NCBI GenBank assembly: GCA_905178155.1
Contig: CAJINV010000009.1
Location: 186,001 to 250,000 of the forward strand
Length of the DNA stretch: 64,000 bases
DNA from: Amoebophrya sp. A120
Lineage: Eukaryota; Protista; Dinoflagellata
Direction of reading: 5' to 3'
The position numbers and the translations under genes are program-made. Under the pieces are notes generated by a model. That model did not search any database and was not told the origin of the DNA. It was given only the letters and a program-made list of their open reading frames with translations. How positions within the stretch are numbered: the stretch's first letter is position 1; every line of letters begins with the position of its first letter. Below, one piece after another: positions 49,478 through 59,032 of this stretch.

Positions 49478-52024
49478 ATGACTCTTCAGGAAGTAGAAAT
49501 AGTGGATGAGGAACAGAAAAGTGTAGCGGAGGATCTGGAGCCTAGATACCACCAGCATCGGCCTCTGGTGAGTGTGGTGATACCAGTTTACAACGTGCCG
49601 CCGCCGCTCTTGCAAGAGTGCATCGTATCCGTGTTGGTGCAGACGTACCCGAGCCTGGAGCTGATTCTCAGCGATGATTGTAGCACGAGCACGGAAACTC
49701 GTTGCTTTTTGCGACAGCTGCAGGCGGCTGGGTCGGACGAGGCGAAAATCTCTGCGGTGCTTGGTTTGCGCGGCAGAATGGAAAAAAATTCTACGGCAGA
49801 AGATGAGGCACAGCACGCGGCAAGTAGTGATATGAATGCTATGGAGATTGAAAACGATAACGTTAACGACAGCGCAGATCATGACACGCAAACAGGACGA
49901 CGTGCTCCAGTTACACGCCGCGAGCTTTTCGCGAAAAAACGTGCGTTACTAGCAAGGGTGAGCACTTCATTTCCGCCCATCCGTGTGCTTTTTTCCCCGC
50001 AGAATGAAGGCGAGGCGGGCGCGCGAAACCGCGGAATTGCGGACATATCCCCCGACGCGGAGTTCATTTGCACCATGGACGGTGATGACATCATGCTGCG
50101 TAATCGAGTTGCACTGCAAGTGCAGGAATTCATACCCGTAGGAAACGAGGACGACGACCACACTGCTGGTTTATTCAATTGTAGTAGTACCCACAAAGAA
50201 AAAGAAGCGAAAGCAATAGCAAACGAACACCCGGTTCACTCGAGGACGACGACAAATCAGCCACGGAGGCAAGGAGCACCAGAGAACGTCACCGAGATGA
50301 GGAAAGTGAATCTCCAGAACGCCATCGTCGGGGCGAATTTCGACCGCACCCCGGCGAACAGCACACACCGGTACACGGAATGGGCCAACGAGCTGGACTT
50401 GTGCGGGTTGTGGCTGGACCAGTTCCGCGAGGTGACCCTGATCCATCCTACGTGGTTTATGCGAAGAGAGACGTTCGAAGTGGCTGGCGGTTATCACACC
50501 TGGCAGACGTCGTCGCTTCGAGGTCGTCCTCCCAGTACGCGCGAAGATCAAGAGATCGAGGACATGGACATGAGTGCGGACGACACGATGATCTTCGTCG
50601 ACGTCGTCCCACTGACCACTAGCTCCGACACGGAGCAGAGGACCCCGGAAGCCGAACGGCCTGCAGAAAAAGACAAAGATGAACGTTTATTTGCGGATGC
50701 AATGGTGAAGGAACACGTACACGAACAACACAGAAGTGAAAGCTCGTATGAAGCTGCAAGTTCTTCTTCTTGCACCCCCGCAGCTTCTGCTGCAGGTCGG
50801 GCTGCTCGGCCTCCCCAGCCGCTTCTCGCCGCTGATTTGCGTTTCTTTCATTCGCACATAGCCTCTCAAGCGGAGCGAATTCGGGTGGCGAGAAACTTCG
50901 GCTCCACTGCAGAAGTGTACGATTATATGCGGGAGTTGCTGGAACTGGTAGTTCTGTGGAGGAATTTTTATACGGATGACACCCAGATCCGAACGACCAG
51001 CACTGCTCAAGGAGACAGTGCTGGGAACGCCAGAAGCTACTCTTGCGGCAATCATCAAGGGCTGACCGAGCGTATTTCCGCCTTCCTACTAAAGTACGAC
51101 CTCCTGCGTTCCTCGTGTAATGTTGAGGATCTTCCACTTCCTGGAGCTGCGGGTAAAAATATCCGGGAAGGGCCTCTTCCCAGCGGGGGCCCGAATTATT
51201 CACACGGTGCTAGCGGCTTTGAGGACAGCAGAACGAACAGGTTTTGCCGCGTTCTTCCGACCGATGACAGTGCGCTTTCTTGTTCTTCGGAACAAGTAGA
51301 TGTTGAGCACATTTTTAGCTTCTTCCAAAACGAAATCGTCGCGAAAGATGTACTTCTGAGCAAACCAAACTTGCTGACGCCCGCGAGACCACCGAGAGTC
51401 GGAAGTTCTTCGGCGAACCACTCGTCTCCCTCCCTCTTGACCTACCGACACCGCGCCGGCGCTACGCTGTGTGCCCAGACCTCGCGGAAGCTGCTGGCGA
51501 GTATCCGCGTGCGCAGTATGGAGCGACAGATTTTGCAGTACTGGAAACAATTTACGATTTGGGGCGGGGGCCGCGACGGCAAATTGTTCTTTTCCTTGCT
51601 GCAGACGGAGTACAAACAACGCGTGAAGGCCTTTGCAGAGGTAGATCCTAGGCGGCTGAAGGCGAAGTACTACATTCACGAAGAGTACAGCGCTGCGGTG
51701 GGAAAAATTCCTTACGTGGACTTGCGGCACTTCGGATTGAGTGATGACAAGGCACCGGCGACCGGTGGAGAAAGAACGAGGATCGAACCGGGAGTAGAAG
51801 GAAAATCAGAGCCTCGATCGACTGCAGCGGACTCAAAGGCTGCACGACAACGACAAAAGAGCGGATCTGCGTGTGTAAATTACTTCGAAGCTGCGCAGCC
51901 ACCGTACGTCATTTGCGTAGCCAAGGGGCGGTTCTATGCGGAAGTAATGGACATTGTGGCGTTGGTGGAGAAAAAATTAGGCACTCCTCTCGTCGAAGGA
52001 AGAGACTACTGGTTTTTCTGCTGA
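49478..52024 (+). CDS. B3GNTL1: GT2 glycosyltransferase, B3GNTL1/QTGAL-like (queuosine-tRNA galactosyltransferase family)
   Basis: VSVVIPVYN, DDCST, ARNRG, MDGDD, STHRYTEWAN, TLIHPTWF, DLRFF, LLTYRH, FTIWGGGRDG, PPYVICV and the C-terminal LVEGRDYWFF follow the B3GNTL1 motif order. Confidence 0.82.
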   Translation: MTLQEVEIVDEEQKSVAEDLEPRYHQHRPLVSVVIPVYNVPPPLLQECIVSVLVQTYPSLELILSDDCSTSTETRCFLRQLQAAGSDEAKISAVLGLRGRMEKNSTAEDEAQHAASSDMNAMEIENDNVNDSADHDTQTGRRAPVTRRELFAKKRALLARVSTSFPPIRVLFSPQNEGEAGARNRGIADISPDAEFICTMDGDDIMLRNRVALQVQEFIPVGNEDDDHTAGLFNCSSTHKEKEAKAIANEHPVHSRTTTNQPRRQGAPENVTEMRKVNLQNAIVGANFDRTPANSTHRYTEWANELDLCGLWLDQFREVTLIHPTWFMRRETFEVAGGYHTWQTSSLRGRPPSTREDQEIEDMDMSADDTMIFVDVVPLTTSSDTEQRTPEAERPAEKDKDERLFADAMVKEHVHEQHRSESSYEAASSSSCTPAASAAGRAARPPQPLLAADLRFFHSHIASQAERIRVARNFGSTAEVYDYMRELLELVVLWRNFYTDDTQIRTTSTAQGDSAGNARSYSCGNHQGLTERISAFLLKYDLLRSSCNVEDLPLPGAAGKNIREGPLPSGGPNYSHGASGFEDSRTNRFCRVLPTDDSALSCSSEQVDVEHIFSFFQNEIVAKDVLLSKPNLLTPARPPRVGSSSANHSSPSLLTYRHRAGATLCAQTSRKLLASIRVRSMERQILQYWKQFTIWGGGRDGKLFFSLLQTEYKQRVKAFAEVDPRRLKAKYYIHEEYSAAVGKIPYVDLRHFGLSDDKAPATGGERTRIEPGVEGKSEPRSTAADSKAARQRQKSGSACVNYFEAAQPPYVICVAKGRFYAEVMDIVALVEKKLGTPLVEGRDYWFFC

Positions 52025-53014
52025 CGTTGCTCGCAGATTGTTGTAAATGTAATCATGAAATAGTAAATAGAGTTACCAACTTCTAGAGCAAAGAAAAATA
52101 AAACGGGAAGTTCTAAGAACTAAGTACCATGACCGACCACTGGACTTTGTTTCTGTTTCAGGAACGTTACCGACATGATGATACTGTACTAGTGGACGTA
52201 AGCGACATATACTCAAACGATCCGCAGACGAGGTGCTGGCACTGACATGGATGGCAGTCGAGAAATAAATTGTGTTTACTCTTGTTTCGACGCTTGGTTT
52301 GTCTATACTATGGTTCTCATCTGAAAGATCTGGTAAAGAGGGACCAAAAAGATGCTGAAGCGTTGGAAAGCTCCAACGGGATCGATCTTCACGAGCATTA
52401 TCCTACGGTAGCTGGCTTGCAGCAGTTCTATACGTAAGTCCAACAGAGTGCGTGCTCTAGGTCTCATCGGCTCACATCGCAAGCAAGAATTCTCGACGTT
52501 GGGGAAAAATGCTCTGGTACAAGAGGCGATCATCCACCCAGAGGTATTTTTTTCGCGATCCCGCACAAATCGCTACTTGTATCCATTGCCAGTACTCATT
52601 CTCAGAAATCAACAATGAATTAGATAGATGATGTCCAAGTGAAAGATGTGATAAGATCAAAGCGATGATAGATCACCGACCGAGCTCGACTGGATTCGCG
52701 TCCCTCAGTTCCACTTACATATTGCAGGAAGGCTCTTGTTTCTCTGGTGGAAAAGGCCTTATGGATAAACATTACCTACTCACAGCAGGCGACCAACATG
52801 ACACCTTGACAAGCATTTATCAAGAACTGATAAAGAAGAAGACCACGACTAATTACTTATCTAGATAGAAATGTAGAGCGGCAAGTTCCGGGATTTTTTT
52901 GACTTCTGGCATTCATTGTTTGACGTTTTCATGAGGGCGCAAAGTACTTACCTCTCCCTGCTGGATCTCCCCGCCACTGGGGTTCGGCAGACCTGCAGTT
53001 CCGGAAGCGCACAG

Positions 53015-56000
53015 ATGTCCGCGACGAACAAGCCGAAGCCGGTGGCTCCAAAGTCATCAACCAGAACTGATCATGTGTCATCAAGTTATGATCCAGCAGA
53101 ACATCCCGCACCTCCCGCATGCGCTAGTAAAGCCGGTGTGGAAACGAGCGAAAGCATCCACGATTTCCTGAAGCTGCTTGCTGATTTCGAAGAGGAAGCG
53201 GGCGACAGTTTGGCGAGTTGTGTGCTCGACCAAGTCGAAGTGGAGGACGAATTGTCGGCGCCGGAGGACGAATCGGAAAATGAAAATGCTGGTGAACAAG
53301 ATTACACACACACCGTGAAGCTGAATGCACCCGAGCCGTGGGTCGTGAAAACGCTGTTCGAGGTTTTCAGGAACCAGTTTCACGAAGACGATGCGGGGGC
53401 GGACAAGGAGAAGGACGGGAAGGACAGGAGTAGAAATAAAGGCAACACCCTGTTCGACTTCCAGTTCCTGGAGCAGCGCGCGTTCGCGCGGACGGTCTTG
53501 ACCGAAAGCGATTTGGAGGATTTCGTCTTCCATGAAGACACCCGAGAAATTCCCGATTTCGTTTTTTCTCAGAACTCTTCCGCAAGAGCAGTTGAAGACG
53601 ATATTGATGTTTTTGACAGTTGTACAACGACAACGAGCGGAACTGGTTGTGCAAAGTTGTGGCGCGCATTTTTCGACATTACTGCCGATGGCTCCTGCGC
53701 CGAGAAAAATTTGGAAGCTCTCTTCGCGAAATTGTGCGACAGCGGTCTGGCCGCGTTGCGTGACAGAGTTCAGCCACCGACGTGCACTGACGACGCCGTG
53801 GAGAAGTGCACGAAGACAGGGAGTGGGGGGCGAAGCCATGCCCTGACTTCGACTTGCGATTCCGACCCAACCATATTATCGTGTAGGAAAAGACCAGGAG
53901 CTCCACCGGCGCTTTCCGAAGTAGGGCCTCTTCAGATTGCGGACGAGACGGGCGGCTTTGGCGCAGGAGGTGCAGATTGTACGGCCGCGGTAAGTTCCGG
54001 TGCAGCTGGCGCTTCACCGGCGAACAAACGCCTGAAAATAGCAGATCAAGACGATAACCAAAGAAGCAGCGCAGAGCCCTGGGCGACCAGCTCAAAGGAT
54101 AAAGCATCACCTACTTCTGCAAAGCAAAGCGTTGACGTAATAGCTCTTGACACGACGAAAGAAGAGGATCAGAGTTCCATTAACAATGCAGCGGCTCCAC
54201 GACCAACGGGGTCACAGGGCCTTATCAGCGCGAACACTTCGACGTCCGCATTCATTTCTGCACTCTGGGAAGAGAAAGTTTGGAGCCCAATCCGCAAAGA
54301 GGTTTTTGTAGAGTTAAAGGTAGAAGACTCCGCCGGGAAAAGTTGTACGACTTGGAAAGAACTACATGACGACATTGTCATCGCGAACAAAAAACTGGGG
54401 GCCGTCATCGTGTGTCTGAAAAGGCTCCAATTTTTGCTGCAGCACATAAAACAAAAGGTGGTGGGCAAGTACCGCGATTTCTGCCGGTACATCACTGCCA
54501 TCCACGAGGTCGAGGATTTGCGCGGAGTCTTATATTCCGACGAATCTGGTGCGCAGACACAGCCACAGCGGACACTGCACCTAGAGAACTACTCGGGCGA
54601 ACGCGACTCGAGTTGTAGTGCCCAGGCAAAGCAACGGACGAACAAGGATTGTACCCGGCTTGCGACCTTGCAGGTTTTGTACGAAATGGCGATCCGAAGC
54701 CACAAGTCCGTGTTCCGAGGTCTTCAGCAGCTCCCGAGGTTTCTTACAGCAATGAAACAAGCCGATAGCGCGGAAACGTCAACGCAGTCGGCGTCCTTCA
54801 GTTGCGTTGATCAGCATCAGGGTTCTACTGCTTTTACGACGCTATTCATCCCCACACCGGCGATAACTTCGTCGTCAAAAGCTGGAAACCTGAATGCGGA
54901 GGACTCGCACGCAGGGCTGCGTCAGAACAAGGACCACCGACAGCTCCTCAAGGTGTCCGTGAGCCAATTGATTCGCAACTTGGCCAAAGTTTACGCATTG
55001 TTAGGCTACGAGGAAAAAAGCGTGGCGGTGTTGCAGATTGGGCTGCTGGAGAGCATGGAGATCGATAACCATAACAGCAGCTCCCTGAGTGGTCGGTCTC
55101 CCGGGAGCCGTTCGGGCGACATGCTCTCGGAGCGCAATGATTTTCATCGGAGTGGTTCTAATAAGCGGGGAACCAAAAAGACGAAGAACAAGAAGCCGCT
55201 TCGCGGAGCTTCCGACGTTGTGCGATTGTACCTGCAGCAATTAGTGCCACTGTACTTGCAAATGGACGAGGAGACGGAGAGCGAATCCGGGATGACGATC
55301 CGTCGGGCCGAAAAACAAGGAGAGAAAAATGCAGACGAGAAGCATGAGCATGAAGTTGTTTCTTTAACACGCGAGGACCGCGAATCAGAAGCTTGCTCAC
55401 GGACGCCTTCGTGCCCGATGAGCATCAAGAAGTACAACGCCTTTGCCGGGGAGCTGCTCAAATACTTCGGGTTCGAGGCCCGCTTCCGCCTCTTTCCCTA
55501 CGACCGCATCTGTGCCGAAGAAGCGGCGGAAGAGACGAATCACGCAAAGAACAGCAGTAGTCCACCTAGTGGTGATCGTCGCGCCGCGCCCGCCGCCGCC
55601 GGCCCCTTCTCTTTGCCTACTCCTGCTGTTGCAGTCGGACCACCCTCGTCTCCGTCTGCGGTGCTTGTTTCGTCTCCCCCTTCCTCCACCTCCACGCACG
55701 ACAAAAGCACAACCCCACTGAGCTCCTCTTCTGCTGCTTCCGCGTCGGCTCCGCTGTTCATCCTGGACAACATTCTTTCCGAGCGCAGTCTGGACCAGCT
55801 GAAACAGATTTTTTGCGACCAATTTTTCCACGCGCACGGGTACGATCCCCTGTTGTATGACTGCGGCCTCACCGAGGGGAAGAACCCCAGCTATTTCAGC
55901 CTGTTCCACGACTTGCAGAGCGACGGAGCCGGTGCGCCGGAGGAAAAGGGGTATCTGGACCAAATATTACACGAGTTTCTCGAAAACGTGAAGAAACACT

Positions 56001-57890
56001 TCAAGGCGGAATGGGACAATGAGAAGAATAAAGCGACTAGTACTAGCTTCCCCGACCAGAACGACGAAAGTCGTGCAAGAGACAACTGCAAGCGCAAACA
56101 GGAAGCAGAATTTGTGCTCGAAAGGCTGACCAAAGTGCGGTTCGCGGAGACCTGGACACACAAGCGCACACACCTTGGGTACCATCAGTTGCATGTGGAC
56201 GCGAAAGACGAGGGAATGCTGGACAAGGACGGGAAACCCGAGAGCCCGGTCGCGACCTTCGTCCTCTACTTATCCGGCGGCGGGGGATCAGCAGGACGAG
56301 CTTCCCGGCGGCAAAAACAGGACGAGGAGCCACAGGAACAGCTGCCTCCTCGAAGAGAGTCTTCCTGCCCTCTTGCCCCGACCGTGATTAGCACTCAGAA
56401 GCTGGGCAGCGAGGGCGAGACCATCCACAGCGCGACGGCGCAAATGGTGTTTCCGGTGGAGATATCAAGTGCAAAAATGTCTGGGTCTGGAAGAATCCAT
56501 GTTTGTCATGCTTGTCTGGCATGACTCTTAAATCTGTCATGCACGTTAGCCAAGAGCTTCATTTTTCTGTGATGCAGAAACGCAGTTTGTCATGCAGAAT
56601 AGGCAACACCTAGAAGCTCATAGGATTGTCATGCTGAGCCAGCATTTGTGGGCTTATCATGAGACGCCACCCAGCATCACAAGTTTCCAGACTCAGACAT
56701 TTTTACACTTGATAGGAGAACCGAGCGGTGTGCTTTTCGGGCGATCTGTATCACGGAGTAGTGCCCTATGGAAGCGTCAGGTTTGAAATCCTCAAAGTTG
56801 AAATAGTTTGTGATGCATAAAATGCAACCCACAAAATGCCTGTCTTGCAGTAGAGTAGGCAAGGAAGGCAGATTGTAAGCCTGTTGAGGGGTACAAATAG
56901 AGCTGCTGGACTAGCATGAAAAAAGGCCTCTTCCTTACCCAAACAGCATTACAAACTGGATTTCGGCTCTACCAAATTTGTCATGCGCCACTTGAAAACT
57001 AGGCACCAGCTGGTATCCGTTTTATGCATGGCAAACTATTTCAACTTTGACGATTTCAAACCTGACGCATCCATATGCCCGGCATGATTGTAGCTGGCGG
57101 AAGGCGAGGACGGCGCCGGGAGAAAATCTCAAACCGCGCCTGTGAAGAAGTTGATCGATCGTCGAAGCAGGCTACGAGTGAAGGCAACGACGAAGCAGGA
57201 GCAGAGCTGGATGCCGAAAGCTTAAGAGCACGAGGAAAGTCGTTTTCTTGTCGTGACAGCTCCGCCCAAGACGTAGACAAAGTTGTAAAAAGCGGTCCTG
57301 GAGAAGATGAAAATGTTGCTAGTTGTGAAGCTAATATCCCATATCGACATACGCTGATGATTTCGCTCTGGGAGAACCTCACGCCAAATCGGCGGAGTCA
57401 CGAAAAATCTCTCCTCTGCGAGTTCACCGGACGGCGGTGCGACCTGTTGCAGCTCGACAAGAGCCCGGGTCTGGAGAGGGCGCCCGTCATGTTCCGCAGA
57501 CAACTACCGCGCGCGGCAGACTTTCTTCGGCAATTTGCAGTCGACCCGGAGGAGCTCAACAGCCGACTTCAGTCATGCGACTCGACGCCCGAAAGCCGCA
57601 GCTTTGTCAGACCGGAGCGCCCGCAGCTGCTCACACGGGACTTGCGTTCGCACTCGTGGCTCGCAAAAGCGATTCTCAAGCCGGTGGAAGTAGATGAAGA
57701 TGAATTGGACCACCACGACAAATCCACCCGCACCTGGAACGACCTCGCGAAAACGTCCCATGCGTCTGGCACACACTCATCGTCCGCCACCCGGGCGCAG
57801 CCAATTTGCGCGGGAACCATGTGGGAGGGCGTGGAAGGAGAGAAACTCAAGCCCGGATTCTACGCGTATGAAAACGTCTTTCAGTTTTAG
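53015..57890 (+). CDS. Large protein with a C-terminal 2OG-Fe(II) oxygenase domain, split by two introners
   Basis: HQLHVD..PVATFVLYL..PTVIST..VFPVE|NRAVCFSGDLYHGVVP|G..YRHTLMISLW gives the HxD..H triad and the distal Arg. The second His lies in the short exon between the elements at 56463 and 56767. The start may be 52931. Confidence 0.8.
56463..56714. mobile_element. Introner family 1, diverged interior (252 nt)
   Basis: TIR TATCAAGTGCAAAAATGTCTGGGTCTGGAA / TTCCAGACTCAGACATTTTTACACTTGATA. Direct repeat GGAGA at 56458-56462 and 56715-56719. Confidence 0.92.
56767..57075. mobile_element. Introner family 2 (309 nt), inverted relative to 21178 and 35138
   Basis: The reverse complement aligns with 21178-21482. 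Direct repeat TGCCC at 56762-56766 and 57076-57080. Confidence 0.93.
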
Positions 57891-59032
57891 TTGAGGTGGG
57901 ACGCCGCGACGTACTATGTCGAAATGATACATGTTGACCTACGAAGAGTAACTCCATCAACTTATTCTGAGTCCCAGCCTTGAGTTGTATCAAGGACCGA
58001 TTGATGATGATGTGCTTGTGCAAACGACCTCGAGCAGTATGAGAAACAGGACAACGCGACAAAAGCAGCATAGTCATAATAGAATATTCCAAATGATAAC
58101 TTACTCGAGTTGCTGCGGAAAACCTCCATGTTGCCCTGATGCTCTGACAACTGGGAACTAGCCTTCGGTTGCTTGCCCCTAGATTCAGATACTATCGGAG
58201 TCGCTTATGTATCATTCTGCTTGATTTCGCTTCTTTTTGGCAAGCGCCACACGGAATCCAAAATGAAATGATGCATGAAGCTCAAGTTTTCTGTTTTACT
58301 ATAATTTTGTATAATTCGAGTCATCGGTTTTCGTACGCGCCCAGGAGGAGGTCGTGGCTCCACCGACTCGGTTTGCCTCGTCTACAACAAGTAATCTCGG
58401 TCTGTCTCGTGCGAGTTGCTTCTGCACATTCAACATCTCCTCTGCACGTTCAACATCTCGGCATGAGTTAGGATACCAATCGTACTGCAGTCATTCGTTC
58501 GACGACGAAAAAACTTCTAATGAAAAGTATACGGCATTCTTGATATTAACGTCGGTGCACCATTTGCTATCACAAGAATACTCGTTCTGTATCGTGTAGT
58601 TTTTTTTCGACGTGCTCATTCCCCAATATTAAACTCCTTCACAGGCATTGATCGCAGAGGTTGCGTCTCAATACCCCAAATTTTGACAAAACTTCTATGT
58701 GTGTATGCAAGAAACTTGAATTTCTTTTTGAACAAAGGTGAAAAGTAAACTCTTTCCAAGGCAATTACGAAGCGCACCCACTTCCAAGAAAAAATGGACT
58801 ACTTCTTACTGTGCGAGGTGAGGCACGAAAACCGGTAAAAGAGTTGCAAATGTGTAAGCCTAAACACTAACTGTTTTGCTTTTTTCTCAAGATTGACGGT
58901 AAAAAACACTACCACTCTCAACACAACATACAAACTCGGCGAAGCACTGAATTGTACTTCGCGGACGGTCGAATTCGAAAAACGGTATCAGAGCAAGCTG
59001 AGAAACGAAAAACCTGTGCGAACGCGGCGAAG

